Below are positions 1-10,573 of a stretch of DNA of 64,000 bases, piece by piece. The notes beneath the pieces were generated by a model. The model ran no database searches. It worked only from the letters and a program-made list of their open reading frames with translations, and was not told where the DNA came from. Every line of letters begins with the position of its first letter. Position 1 is the stretch's first letter. The DNA comes from Nitrospirota bacterium (GTDB lineage Bacteria; Nitrospirota; Thermodesulfovibrionia; Thermodesulfovibrionales; Dissulfurispiraceae), in the NCBI GenBank assembly GCA_963790025.1, contig CAWBMP010000004.1, positions 672,001 to 736,000 of the forward strand, read 5' to 3'. Both the position numbers and the translations under genes were made by a program.

Positions 1-1525
1 AGATAGGGTAAACTTTGTATCCCTTCACCCACGGCTGTTTTACCATATAATCAGTTTTGTGCCAGAAAAAGACACTTGGGGCATCCTTTATTATCAATTC
101 TTCAGCCTGCTTGTAAAATCGCGTTCTGTCGTGTTCGTCAAGAGAAAACTGTCCCTGCTCAATAAGTGAATCTACAGCTTTGTTGCAATAGCGCGTCCTG
201 TTTCCTGCAGGCCCACGGTTGGAGGAATGGAACAAGGGAAAGAGGAAGTTCTCGGGGTCGGGGTAATCGGCCCACCAGCTGAGCCAGAACAGTTCAGGCT
301 CACCCCTGTTTACCGACTCCTTAAAAGCGCTCCACTCAAGCTGCCTGAGCACCACGTCAATTCCTGCAGCCGAAAGATATGACTGAATAATTTCAGCGAG
401 GTCCACCACTTCCTGGTCAGACGTAATATAAAGGTGCACGCGCACTCCCGGCAAACCCTCACTCTTTATTATCTTTCTTGCATTTAGTGGATCATACCCG
501 CCATCCGTAACGTCATCAAGTTGCCACGTCCTCAAGAGGTCCGGGACCGGTCCTGCTGCCAATTTCCCCCTGCCCTCGTAAAACGTCCGCAGAATTTTCT
601 TGACGTCGATTGCAGAAGCGACGGCCCTTCTCATCTTTACATTGTTAAAAGGGGGTCTCGAAGTATTCATGCCGAGATAATAAGTATTGAGTCCTCTAAG
701 CGAAATAATTTGGCCGCTCCATTTTTTATCGTTTCTGAATTTAGCATACGCAGTGGCAGGAAGGGAAATAACATCAAGGTTGCCGAGTTCAAATTCGGTA
801 ATCGCGGTCAAATCCTCTGGTATTATTCTATACACGAGGCCTTTTACTTTCGCTCCGCCGTCAAAGTAATCGTCCCTTTTTGTCAGCACCACTTCCCTGT
901 TAGGCATCAATGATTTCACGACAAAAGGTCCTGTCCCGATACAACTCGCTCCATCGAAGACCGCGACATAAGCCGGTGTTGTGCTCAGCATGCTGAGAAA
1001 CGGCGAAAACGGCCTTCTCAGTTTAATTTCGAAGGTGTAGGCATCGATCACCCGGAATCCGGCAACATCTCCCGCCAGCCCTTCACGATACGCCTCTGCG
1101 CCTTCGACCTTATCGAAGACCCAAACATTGGGGGACTTAGTCGCAGGATTCAGGACCCTCTCAAAGGACGTTTTGAAGTCCTGAGCTGTAACGTGACGGT
1201 TATTGGAAAACAGCACACCCCGCTTAAGAACAAAAGTATAATTGAGCCCGTCCTTTGATATGTGCCACCGCTCCGCGATATCCGGCGCCACAGAGAGATG
1301 GTCATCCAGCTTCACAAGGCCATTAAAAAGTTTTGCAGCGACTGAAGCACCCGAGACATCGGCAATCAAGGCCGGATCGAGCGTCGAAGGAGTTGAATTC
1401 AAGCGGTAATAGAAAAAACCTTCGATGCGGTTTGAGGAGCTGCATCCGGTTGTGAGCATGACAATTAAAAACAAAATGACATTACAGGCTAAAAAGGAGT
1501 GCAGCAGTTTACATGTGACACGCAT
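1..1525 (-). CDS. ABC transporter substrate-binding lipoprotein, family 5 (peptide/nickel); 3' end runs off the window
   Basis: Manual translation from ATG at 1525: MRVTCKLLHSFLACNVILFLIVMLTTGCSS...RLNSTPSTLDPALIAD...LFNGLVKLDDHLSVAPDIAERWHISKDGLNYTFVLKRGV. Lipobox-like Cys and SBP_bac_5 signature. Missing from the ORF track because there is no stop inside the window. Confidence 0.9.
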   Translation of the reverse strand, partial: MRVTCKLLHSFLACNVILFLIVMLTTGCSSSNRIEGFFYYRLNSTPSTLDPALIADVSGASVAAKLFNGLVKLDDHLSVAPDIAERWHISKDGLNYTFVLKRGVLFSNNRHVTAQDFKTSFERVLNPATKSPNVWVFDKVEGAEAYREGLAGDVAGFRVIDAYTFEIKLRRPFSPFLSMLSTTPAYVAVFDGASCIGTGPFVVKSLMPNREVVLTKRDDYFDGGAKVKGLVYRIIPEDLTAITEFELGNLDVISLPATAYAKFRNDKKWSGQIISLRGLNTYYLGMNTSRPPFNNVKMRRAVASAIDVKKILRTFYEGRGKLAAGPVPDLLRTWQLDDVTDGGYDPLNARKIIKSEGLPGVRVHLYITSDQEVVDLAEIIQSYLSAAGIDVVLRQLEWSAFKESVNRGEPELFWLSWWADYPDPENFLFPLFHSSNRGPAGNRTRYCNKAVDSLIEQGQFSLDEHDRTRFYKQAEELIIKDAPSVFFWHKTDYMVKQPWVKGYKVYPI

Positions 1526-1635
1526 CAATCATAATATCATTGCCGGGAAATCCTTTACAAATTAATCTCTTAACTAAACTTATCGCTGCATTGTCCGATA
1601 ACATTTGTATAGCCTGAAATAAACAAGGGGTGAGT

Positions 1636-2916
1636 ATGAAAAAATTGACGGTAATCGCGCTTTTTTTTCTTTTAGTAATTTTGGCGGCCGGCGGTCGGGA
1701 GGCGGCCGGCTCGGGTTATGCAGTCTACTCTCAGGGACAGGATTCCATGGCGCAGGGGACGGCGTTGGTGGCCCATACGAACAGCCCTTCGGCAATCTTT
1801 TATAACCCGGCACTCATCAATAGCTTGTCCGGTACCCAGGCTGAGGCAAATCTTACGATTCTCGATCCTTCGCGTAAATTTACAAGCAGTGTAACGGGGA
1901 GGTCGTTTTCGTCCCAAGACAACCTGATATACGTTCCGTCCGGTTTTATGTCTTACAAGTTCAACGATAAGCTAAGTGCCGGCATTGGTTTTTTTACTCC
2001 TTTCGGCCTCGTCTCAAACTGGGGAGAAACATGGGAGGGCAGATATATAACTACAAAGGCTTCCCTGCTGACGATAGACGTAAATCCCGTCCTGTCCTAC
2101 AAAGTGTTGGACAACCTTTCTGTCGCCGCGGGGCCGGATTTCGTGTATGCCGATGCGAATCTTCAGAAGATGCTGAACCTGAGCGGTTTTCGTCTGCCGG
2201 ATGCGCGGCAGACGCTTAAGGGCGATGCCGTTGGGTTTGGGTGGAATGCCGGTGTTGCCTGGGACCCCCATGCTGACTGGACTGTAGGGGGCTCGTATAG
2301 AAGCGCAGTAGTTTTGCGCATCGATGGCACGTTGTCGAATGACCTGCCGGCAGGGACACCGGGTGTTATCGCCTCATTGTTACCGAACACTGGCGCGCAC
2401 ACAAAGAATACGCTGCCTGCCCAAGCTGCCATAGCAGTCGCCTATAAGGGTATACCTCATCTTGTAATCGAACTGGGGGGACGATGGGAGGAGTGGTCAA
2501 AGTATAATGAACTGCGTGTCGATCTTGACAGTCCGGTTGCAGGGGCAACGGTGTCGATTACCCCGAAGAACTGGAAGGATATATTTGCGTTTGACGCAGG
2601 TGCGAAATATCAGATATCCGATGCGTTTGCGATAATGGCAGGGTATATTTTACAGGGCAATCCCATTCCCGACGCGACGTTCGAACCGTCGGTGCCGGAC
2701 AGCGGCTCCAGTGTGTATACAGCGGGTGTTGAGTATAAAACCGGGAAGTTTAGAACTTCCATAGCATACGGCTACCAGCATTTTCCTCAGAGAACGAAAA
2801 ACAACGCGATCGATGATAATGTCGCAGACGGTATTTTAAATCCGGCAACGAGCGCAAACGGCGTTTACAGTTCACATATCCATCTAATAGGATTTACGGT
2901 CGCCTATTCATTCTGA
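1636..2916 (+). CDS. FadL/OmpP1/TodX family outer-membrane transporter
   Basis: Signal peptide, SAIFYNPA motif, TPFGL, C-terminal YSF typical of beta-barrels. Confidence 0.9.
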   Translation: MKKLTVIALFFLLVILAAGGREAAGSGYAVYSQGQDSMAQGTALVAHTNSPSAIFYNPALINSLSGTQAEANLTILDPSRKFTSSVTGRSFSSQDNLIYVPSGFMSYKFNDKLSAGIGFFTPFGLVSNWGETWEGRYITTKASLLTIDVNPVLSYKVLDNLSVAAGPDFVYADANLQKMLNLSGFRLPDARQTLKGDAVGFGWNAGVAWDPHADWTVGGSYRSAVVLRIDGTLSNDLPAGTPGVIASLLPNTGAHTKNTLPAQAAIAVAYKGIPHLVIELGGRWEEWSKYNELRVDLDSPVAGATVSITPKNWKDIFAFDAGAKYQISDAFAIMAGYILQGNPIPDATFEPSVPDSGSSVYTAGVEYKTGKFRTSIAYGYQHFPQRTKNNAIDDNVADGILNPATSANGVYSSHIHLIGFTVAYSF

Positions 2917-3037
2917 CAGTGATATGATGCTTGATACCTGGATCAAAATTACCGTTAGTGTCCCGGCATTATGACTGAAGATACACTACCTTGAATGCCT
3001 GTATGTATCACACTCCTTTATTTGGGACAGGGCGATC

Positions 3038-3514
3038 ATGTTCTCCAGCGAATATTTAAACGCGATCATTGAGAAGTCCCTGGATTTCGCCAAAAAAAGT
3101 TTTGACCGCTACAAGACCCTTTTCAATCAGGGGGCTGTGTCAAGGGAACAGTTCGAGGAGAAAGAAACATCGTTAAATGTGCTGAATTCGAAGACCAGGG
3201 AAATGAAAACAGCTCTCGTGGCAATCGCAGATCTGCACAAGGTATGGATAAACTCGGACGTAGATGAAACCGACATTGGAAGAATAACAACCGGCGACTC
3301 CGCAGAAGTGACCTCCGACGCATATCCCGGCAGGGTCTTCAAAGGAGAAGTAGTAAAGCTTGCGGATTATATCGGGACGCGAAAAATAAAACCGAATAAT
3401 GCGGCAAAGAATACCGATATGAAAGTCATGCAGGTAAAAGTAAAAATAAAAGAAGCAAACCCGTTTAAACCCGGGATGACAGTAGATGTTAAAATAAAAC
3501 CCGGCTTGCTTTAA
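3038..3514 (+). pseudogene. Truncated HlyD/efflux periplasmic adaptor fragment
   Basis: Hairpin segment (FDRYKTLFNQGAVSREQFEE) joined directly to the beta-barrel segment (IADLHKVWINSDVDETDIG...KPGMTVDV). No signal anchor, no lipoyl halves, no partner genes. Confidence 0.6.
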
Positions 3515-3536
3515 CTAAAAACATTACCGGTGTCGC

Positions 3537-4595
3537 TCAACCATTCTGACTTGCTTCAAAATTTCTGAAAATTTCCAGGACCGATAAAAAAAGCGCTACT
3601 ACGAGCGGTCCCACGACAAGCCCGACCACTCCAAAAAATTCGATGCCGCCGAGGACACTGAAAAAGATGATGACGGTATGCATGCTTGTTCTGTTTCCAA
3701 TTAAAACCGGACGGAGCACACTGTCCAAAAGGCTCATCCCGAAGATCCCGATCAAGGTGAGCATGATTCCCTTCACAGCGGAAACCTGAATGAACAGATA
3801 CAACGCTATGGGCCCCCATACGGTCAATGTACCAAGCATGGGAATGAATGATCCTATTGCCGTGCAAAGCCCCCATAAAACCGGCGACCTGATACCAAGG
3901 CTTGCATACGCGATGCCGCCTATTGTGCCCTGCACTATAGCGACGACAACGCCGCCGAAAACGGTCGAAATGACAATGTCCCTGACCTGCTTTACGAGCC
4001 TGTCTTTCTGCTTCTCCGAAAACGGCATATAATCCCTGCTCTTGCCGAGAAATGCCGCGCCGTCCCTGAGCATAAAAAAAATAGCAAATGTCATCAGGAG
4101 GAAGTTAATTAAGAAGCCGAAAACACTGCCCAGGCCGATAGGAATCTTGCCGACCACTTCCTTTAATATTCCTGACGCGTTATTGACAAGGTTTTGTTCG
4201 ATATCGGCTTCGGACATGGAAATATCGAAAACTTCCATAGTCTTGACCACAAGATATTTCACTGCCGGATAACGTAAAACATCGTGCAGCGACTGCAGTT
4301 TTCCGGTGCTTATGTGGCCTGTAATAGTCTGCACTTCGTTTACCAGTAAATACGAAAAATATGAAAAGGGCCCTATAAGAACTGCTACAATTATTATAAG
4401 GACAATAAGAGAAGCGAGGCCTTTCCATTTCATGTACTTTGAAATATAGCTGTATAGAGGGTAGAAAACTATCGACAGGACAATACTCCATGTCAGCGGC
4501 GCCAGGAACGGACGTATTATCTTAAACGTAAGGTATCCCAACCCTGTTACAATGGCCATCATTACAATAAAATAAAACCTGTTAGGTCTCACCAT
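3537..4595 (-). CDS. AI-2E family transporter
   Basis: Multi-TM protein with FFMLRDG, IPMLGT, DSVLRPVLIG and GGIEFFGVVGLVVGP motifs. Confidence 0.9.
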   Translation of the reverse strand: MVRPNRFYFIVMMAIVTGLGYLTFKIIRPFLAPLTWSIVLSIVFYPLYSYISKYMKWKGLASLIVLIIIVAVLIGPFSYFSYLLVNEVQTITGHISTGKLQSLHDVLRYPAVKYLVVKTMEVFDISMSEADIEQNLVNNASGILKEVVGKIPIGLGSVFGFLINFLLMTFAIFFMLRDGAAFLGKSRDYMPFSEKQKDRLVKQVRDIVISTVFGGVVVAIVQGTIGGIAYASLGIRSPVLWGLCTAIGSFIPMLGTLTVWGPIALYLFIQVSAVKGIMLTLIGIFGMSLLDSVLRPVLIGNRTSMHTVIIFFSVLGGIEFFGVVGLVVGPLVVALFLSVLEIFRNFEASQNG

Positions 4596-4601
4596 GTCAT
4601 T

Positions 4602-5285
4602 TTATTCCACACTTGTCTTCGTCCTGTCCATAAAAAGTGCAAAGATATGTGATGAAAGTCTATCACAATCCCTTTCAGGATGCCATTGAACGCCGGCCAG
4701 AAAAGGATAGCCAGGGTGATAAATGCCCTCTATGATACCGTCATTCGCTGCAGCAAAAGTTTTCAGTCCGCTGCCCAACTTCCTGACTGCCTGATGATGG
4801 TTGGAATTCACCATGAAAGTCCGGGGAAGCGGGACGAGTGATTCAGCCAGCCGGCCGGCGACTGTTATGCTGTGCGGGCCGCCTTTATGGTCCAGAGCAC
4901 CCTGTTTCTCAAGACTGATGTCCTGATAAAGAGTGCCTCCAAACATAACGTTGATAAGCTGCATCCCGTAGCATATGCCGAGAACAGGTTTTTTTCTGCT
5001 GTTCATCTCGTGCAGCAACGCAAGTTCCAGATCGGTCCTGTCCTTTTCCACAAAAGCCCCTGCAGTCCGTACTGTTATTTCCTCGTTGCAATATTCAGGC
5101 AACAGATCGTCTCCGCCAGGAATCAGAAGACCGTCCAGGATGTCAGCGATACGGGAAATATCATCGGAAACCGGCACAAGGATTATCGGAGTGCCCCCCG
5201 CAACTGTCACGGCAGAAACGTAGTTACGCTTCAAGCCGAAAGAACTTTTATCAGTGTCAGCCGTTATGCCAATCAATGGTCTCAT
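4602..5285 (-). CDS. Gamma-glutamyl-GABA hydrolase family (peptidase C26) glutamine amidotransferase
   Basis: RPLIGIT, PGGDD, GICYGMQ, NSNHHQAV, GVQWHPE. Confidence 0.9.
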   Translation of the reverse strand: MRPLIGITADTDKSSFGLKRNYVSAVTVAGGTPIILVPVSDDISRIADILDGLLIPGGDDLLPEYCNEEITVRTAGAFVEKDRTDLELALLHEMNSRKKPVLGICYGMQLINVMFGGTLYQDISLEKQGALDHKGGPHSITVAGRLAESLVPLPRTFMVNSNHHQAVRKLGSGLKTFAAANDGIIEGIYHPGYPFLAGVQWHPERDCDRLSSHIFALFMDRTKTSVE

Positions 5286-6844
5286 AAAAGCACCCTGCCG
5301 GAAAGCGTTCCCGTGAACTCTCCTCCATCCACCGCGAGATTCCCGTTGACAAAAACATACTCAATGCCTTCGGGCCTCGTGAAAGGCTCCTTGAATGATG
5401 CCTTATCCATAATCCTGTCATAATCAAATATCACAATATCCGCATACAACCCCTCCCTGATGAGGCCCCTGTCTGCAAAGCCGAAGGTCGCGGCAGGGAG
5501 GCCAGTCGTCCTCCGTATTGCTTCCGGCAGCGTTACAAGACCTTCGTCCCGGACATATCTGCCGATAAACCTCGGGAAACTCCCGAACCCTCTCGGATGA
5601 GGCTTGCCGTAACATGTCGGTCCTGAAAAAGACCGGACAGAACTGTCAGAGCCTATCATGAGGTAAGGGAGTGACAGAAAGCGCCTGAGGTTGTCTTCGC
5701 TCATTGAAAAAAATATCGCACCGGTCCTGGCCCGATCATGAATAAGCAGCGCCAGAAGCGCGTCGACGATATTTCGCCCCATCTTTGAGGCAATATCAAA
5801 TATATTTTCTCCTTCCATCCAGCTGTTTTCAGGGTTTAAGACCGAGGAAACATAAACGCCTTTCCAGTAATTATCGTCTTTCAGGCTGATTTCAGACTTG
5901 ATGCGCGCTGCATGTTCAGGGTCCCTGAGACGGACCAGTTCATCTTCGACACCTCCATCATACACCCATGAAGGCAGAACGGTATCGAGGTCAGTGCTGG
6001 CAGCTATATAAGGGTAGCGGTCGCATGTTATGTTCACACCCTCTCTCCTCGCAGTTTCGATCATCCGGATGGCATCGTCAATCTTCCACCAGTTCCGCTC
6101 CCCTGCGGTCTTCAGGTGAGAAACGTGGACAGGCACTCCCGCTCCCCTGCCTATTTCCAGCATTTCGGAAATGGACTCGATAAGCATATCACCTTCGCTC
6201 CTCATATGAGAAGCATAAATGCCACTGGAAGACAAAACCCCGGCCAGCACGGTCAGTTCCAAAGTGTCGGAATAAATGCCCGGCGGGTAAATAAGACCTG
6301 TAGAAAGCCCTCTGGCCCCTGCCACAACAGCATCAGACAGGAGCCTTTTCATCACGGTCAGGGCATCGCCGCCGGGAGCGGCATCCTTATACCCGACCAC
6401 CGAACCCCTGATATTACCATGTCCGCAGAGTGTGGCAAAATTTATGGCGGTGCCTTTCTTTCTTAAAAGGTCGAAATATTCCCGGAACGTCGACCACCTG
6501 TCAGTTATTCCCAACTCCTCCAGGTCAGCCTCCCGGCGAATTGCCGCCTCACCTAATAGCGGGGCTGCGGAAAGGCCGCAGTTACCGTTTATTTCCGTTG
6601 TAACGCCCTGGCAAAGCTTTCCTTCGGCCCTGCCGTCGGCAAGGAGGGTAAATTCCGAATGGGCATGGGTATCGATAAACCCGGGTGCGACAATAAGTCC
6701 CCGCGCATCAATGGTCCTCACGGCATTGGTTCTCCGGCTGCCGGCATAGACTATCCTGTCGTCGTGTATACCGATATTCATTTCCCGCGGCCCTGCACCG
6801 CTGCCGTCGACCACCATTCCGTTTTCAATCAAATAGTCGATCAT
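5282..6844 (-). CDS. N-acyl-D-amino-acid deacylase (D-aminoacylase)
   Basis: APGFIDTHAHS, GNCG, STGLIYPPG, HPRGFGSFPRF; start taken at MIDYLIENG. Confidence 0.9.
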   Translation of the reverse strand: MIDYLIENGMVVDGSGAGPREMNIGIHDDRIVYAGSRRTNAVRTIDARGLIVAPGFIDTHAHSEFTLLADGRAEGKLCQGVTTEINGNCGLSAAPLLGEAAIRREADLEELGITDRWSTFREYFDLLRKKGTAINFATLCGHGNIRGSVVGYKDAAPGGDALTVMKRLLSDAVVAGARGLSTGLIYPPGIYSDTLELTVLAGVLSSSGIYASHMRSEGDMLIESISEMLEIGRGAGVPVHVSHLKTAGERNWWKIDDAIRMIETARREGVNITCDRYPYIAASTDLDTVLPSWVYDGGVEDELVRLRDPEHAARIKSEISLKDDNYWKGVYVSSVLNPENSWMEGENIFDIASKMGRNIVDALLALLIHDRARTGAIFFSMSEDNLRRFLSLPYLMIGSDSSVRSFSGPTCYGKPHPRGFGSFPRFIGRYVRDEGLVTLPEAIRRTTGLPAATFGFADRGLIREGLYADIVIFDYDRIMDKASFKEPFTRPEGIEYVFVNGNLAVDGGEFTGTLSGRVLL

Positions 6845-7000
6845 ATAAATCCTGTCCAAGAGCAGGCAGGGCATAGTGCTGAAGCAGACTTTGGCAGCCT
6901 TAGACGCCATGGATGGCTGAACAGGCTACCACAGCCTCGGAGCAAGGCTGGATGCCTTCCGGGAATGAGCTGAAGCACTGTGGCCTGACTGCTCGACAGT

Positions 7001-7672
7001 TTAGCCGTCATTGATTGCTTCATCCTGTAGAGTTTTTTTATCACTATCAGCTGTCCCGGTCACGAAGAATTTTTCCGGGTCGGCCATACTTTCGACGAAA
7101 AGCGGAACCATGAAGGAGGCAATCAAAGTCACATTTAATTTGAAATCAGATATGATACTTTTTCCAGCAGCCGGTCCCAATTGTACTTTAGTCTTCTCGG
7201 TGTACCTGTTGTAGAGCTTTTGCTTCAGAACAGGAAAACATTGAAGAGTGAGTCCCATAATGGAGAAAAAATCATGCACAGGCAGACCAATCCGTCCGAG
7301 AGGGCGAAACAAGGTCCTGAGTGAGCCGATCATTGCTTCAACGGGCGTAAGGTGCATCAGTATTTTCGCCGCGTATACCATATCGAAAACCCTGAGCATG
7401 CGCACAGCCGCAATCCTGAGACCCTCATCAGTGACTGTAACAGTACCCACTACAGCAACAATCCTCCCCGACTGGTAAAACAAATTGCTTGCAAAGGTGA
7501 ATCCCAGGAAAAACAATATGGGGACAAAACCGCTCCTGACCTTTTTGAACGGCAGGAAAAAAAGCGCGAACACGACACTTCCAGATATTATCAGTTGCAG
7601 TTGAACGTTGCCGGAAAGGAATACAAGAGCGGCAAAAAAAACATACACTAAAAGATTAATGCCCGAAGACAA
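7001..7672 (-). CDS. Energy-coupling factor transporter T component (EcfT/CbiQ-like)
   Basis: Hydrophobic protein with TDEGLRIA...R, LFRPLGRIGLPV, MGLTLQCFPVL and FMVPLF; TTG start. Confidence 0.7.
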   Translation of the reverse strand: MSSGINLLVYVFFAALVFLSGNVQLQLIISGSVVFALFFLPFKKVRSGFVPILFFLGFTFASNLFYQSGRIVAVVGTVTVTDEGLRIAAVRMLRVFDMVYAAKILMHLTPVEAMIGSLRTLFRPLGRIGLPVHDFFSIMGLTLQCFPVLKQKLYNRYTEKTKVQLGPAAGKSIISDFKLNVTLIASFMVPLFVESMADPEKFFVTGTADSDKKTLQDEAINDG

Positions 7673-7676
7673 GGAG

Positions 7677-9026
7677 TTACCTGGAATTCCGTAAATATTT
7701 TATTCTTTCAGCCTTGGGTGCTGCAACATCCTGATCATAATTTCCATAGTCTTTTTTCTGCTCCATTCCTCCGGAGACCACCTGCCGTTGAGGCATCGAA
7801 GTAAAATAAGCATTTATCCCGGCGACAAGAGATGCGGCAATCTCCTGCCTGTACTCTCCATCAGCCAGCAACTTTTCTTCATCCGGATTGCTTATAAAGG
7901 ACACCTCCGCAAGCGCGGAAGGCATCTGCGCATCAACCAGAACATAAAACAACGCCTGCTTCACGCCCAGGTCGGCTACTCTGGGATACAGGGGCCTTAT
8001 TGTTGATATGAGCAAACGCTGGATATTACCCGCGAGATTCAGCGATCCGTCCCGTTTCCTGTCCCTGTCCAGAGAGGCCAGGATAACACCCAATTCACTT
8101 TGCACCTGTTTCATCCTTTTCACCGATATGGCATTTTCCCGTGCAGCCACCCTAAGGGCTTCCTCGTCATTTGTCCAGTTAAGCAGATAAGTCTCGATAC
8201 CTCTGGCCTTTCTGTTGGGGCTTGCATTGGCGTGAACAGACAGGAAGAAGTCCGCCTCGCTTTTATTAGCGATCCTGGCCCGCTCAGGCAGCGGTACGAA
8301 TACATCGCTGTCACGGGTAAGAATCACTTTGTATAAGGGGTACTCCCTGTTTATAATACTCCTCATTCTCAGGACTATGTCCAGGACCACGTCCTTCTCG
8401 AACAGCCCTGTCGGCCCGACTGCGCCGGAGTCATGGCCGCCGTGGCCGGCGTCAAGCACAATAATTTTTCTCTGGATTAAAGCCGCCTCTCTATTTGCGT
8501 CCGGCTTAGGAGGTTCCGCAGGCTTTTGAATATTTTCAGGGGCCTGCTTTTTTCCATCAGCCGTTTTAGAGAAAACATCGATTATAAGACGGTATGGGTC
8601 CTCAAGGTTGAATATCTTAAAGTCATAATTCGGTGATCCCAGGTCAAAAACGATTCTCACAGTATTTGCATCGAATTGGCCGAGCCTTACGGCCTTTATC
8701 AGTGGATCATTTATCGCATAACTCTTCTGCAATTCTTTTGAAAGTTTTGCGTTCTTGATATCGAGAAACAGCCGTTCAGGGCCGGTGAGTTTGTTGGTCG
8801 CAGGTATTTCCACAGGACCGGAAAGGTCAATGACAATCCTTAAGTATTGTGAAGTTACGTGATATCTGAGCCCTTTGACATCAACAGGGTTCACGGCAGC
8901 ATGGGAATGTGGGACGAGAAAACAGGAAAAAATGATAAAGAGAACGTAAAACCCGGCCTCTACGCAGAGTTTAGCTCCGCCAGTCGCGCACGGATTCTTA
9001 TGCCCCTTATGGTCTGAATCAATCAT
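7677..9026 (-). CDS. N-acetylmuramoyl-L-alanine amidase with AMIN domain (AmiC-like)
   Basis: AMIN repeats (RIVIDL, PYRLIID), LDAGHGGHDSGA, SVHANA, EVSFISN. Confidence 0.92.
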   Translation of the reverse strand: MIDSDHKGHKNPCATGGAKLCVEAGFYVLFIIFSCFLVPHSHAAVNPVDVKGLRYHVTSQYLRIVIDLSGPVEIPATNKLTGPERLFLDIKNAKLSKELQKSYAINDPLIKAVRLGQFDANTVRIVFDLGSPNYDFKIFNLEDPYRLIIDVFSKTADGKKQAPENIQKPAEPPKPDANREAALIQRKIIVLDAGHGGHDSGAVGPTGLFEKDVVLDIVLRMRSIINREYPLYKVILTRDSDVFVPLPERARIANKSEADFFLSVHANASPNRKARGIETYLLNWTNDEEALRVAARENAISVKRMKQVQSELGVILASLDRDRKRDGSLNLAGNIQRLLISTIRPLYPRVADLGVKQALFYVLVDAQMPSALAEVSFISNPDEEKLLADGEYRQEIAASLVAGINAYFTSMPQRQVVSGGMEQKKDYGNYDQDVAAPKAERIKYLRNSR

Positions 9027-9247
9027 ACGGCCTGAACAGCTTTAACCTCCGGAATGTCCTTTCTCATCGTCGCTTCAACCCAGTTCTTCAAGGTCAGGGA
9101 AGACATGGGACATGTGCCGCATGCTCCCCTTAATTTTACATATACTATATCGTCTTTTATTTCAATTAATTCAATATCGCCACCCTCTGATTTGAGTCCG
9201 ATCCTGATCTTGCCCAAAACTTCTTCAACCATTTCTTTTGTAATCAT
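9023..9247 (-). CDS. NifU/NfuA C-terminal domain Fe-S carrier
   Basis: EGGDIELI...LRGACGTCPMS; GGAGGAG RBS. Confidence 0.9.
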   Translation of the reverse strand: MITKEMVEEVLGKIRIGLKSEGGDIELIEIKDDIVYVKLRGACGTCPMSSLTLKNWVEATMRKDIPEVKAVQAV

Positions 9248-9436
9248 TTCTCCTCCGCCCGGAAATCTCACGACCAGGTTTATTTTTATTAATATAGCGG
9301 ATTAGCGGAAATAAATCAATGATATGTTTGATTTGCAAATGAAAATATTGGTTTCAGCAACCTGTGTGACAGTGGGATACTTGATTTCCGTATCACGGTC
9401 AGATAAGATTTATTCAAGAAGCATAGGAGGGATAGA

Positions 9437-9781
9437 ATGGCGTTTAAAGCGGACATAAAGGTGGAAGGTGTGGGACCATGTATCGAATATTTAATTGATT
9501 CAGTCGGCTACCAGGCCGGATCGGTGGTAAGCAAGCAGCTTATCAAAAAGGAGACAGGCAATATAACGCTTTTTGCGTTCGATGAGGGCCAGGGCTTGAG
9601 CGAGCATACTGCCCCATATGATGCTTTTGTATACGTCCTTGATGGCGAGACAGAGATATCAATATCAAAGAACCCTTTCAACCTCAAAAAGGGGGATATG
9701 ATCATCATGCCTGCCAACAAGCCCCACGCGCTGAAGGCTTTGACAAAATTTAAAATGCTCCTGGTGATGATACGCTCATAG
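9437..9781 (+). CDS. Cupin domain protein
   Basis: LFAFDEGQGLSEHTAP...MPANKPHAL. Confidence 0.88.
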   Translation: MAFKADIKVEGVGPCIEYLIDSVGYQAGSVVSKQLIKKETGNITLFAFDEGQGLSEHTAPYDAFVYVLDGETEISISKNPFNLKKGDMIIMPANKPHALKALTKFKMLLVMIRS

Positions 9782-9802
9782 TAATTCTTTAGCGCACGGC
9801 GC

Positions 9803-10420
9803 TTACTTCCTGCCCGAACTCAGCAGCAGCCCTGTCTCCGCAAGCCTCTTACCGAAGACGCGGCAGATAGCTGACTCATGCTCGTCAATATCATTCGAAT
9901 TGTCGGGACCCGCCACATGACCGGGACCATAAGGGGAGCCTCCCGCCTTCGTAAGGAAAAGTTCGGGAACAGAATAAGGCACGCCGACAAGGATAAACCC
10001 AAGATGCAGCAATACCGTCATCAGGGTAAGAATAGTCGACTCCTGCCCGCCATGCAGCGAGCCGGTCGACACAAAAACCCCTGCGGCTTTACCTTCAAAT
10101 ACCTTCTGCATCCACAAAGAGCCGAGCTGGTCGATTTTATTCTTTAACTGGGCAGAGACGTTGCCGAATCGTGTCGGAGTACCGAAAGCTATCGCTCCAG
10201 CCTCTTTGAAGTCATCCAACGTAACAAGAGGGACATCTTTCTGCATCGCGGCGCCCGATTTCATGTCGGTCCTTGACTCGACCACCGAATCCGGTAGAAG
10301 TTCAGGGACCCTTCTGACCACCGCCTCCGCGCCCTTCACCCGCTCGACTCCTTCCGCCACCAGTTTTGCCATCTTATACACATTCCCGAAGGCGCTATAA
10401 TAAACAATCAATACTTTCAT
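9803..10420 (-). CDS. wrbA: NAD(P)H:quinone oxidoreductase, WrbA type
   Basis: YYSAFGNV, FGTPTRFGN, STGSLHGGQEST, GGSPYG. Confidence 0.92.
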   Translation of the reverse strand: MKVLIVYYSAFGNVYKMAKLVAEGVERVKGAEAVVRRVPELLPDSVVESRTDMKSGAAMQKDVPLVTLDDFKEAGAIAFGTPTRFGNVSAQLKNKIDQLGSLWMQKVFEGKAAGVFVSTGSLHGGQESTILTLMTVLLHLGFILVGVPYSVPELFLTKAGGSPYGPGHVAGPDNSNDIDEHESAICRVFGKRLAETGLLLSSGRK

Positions 10421-10535
10421 TGTCCCTCCCTCTCCCATAGAAATGCCCCGGGATGTTCTTGCCGGGTTTTATAACTAAAGTGTACCTGTTTTCTTTCCCT
10501 TGTCAAGAATAAAAATACAGCGTTTCATTTTTTTC

Positions 10536-10573
10536 TTGACAATTATCATATAATCGTATATAAATACGTTTAT
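10536..10573 (+). promoter_or_regulatory. Sigma70 promoter with overlapping ArsR-type operator
   Basis: TTGACA-17-TATAAA. The inverted repeat ATAATCGTAT-ATAA-ATACGTTTAT overlaps the -10 and the arsR start. Confidence 0.65.
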
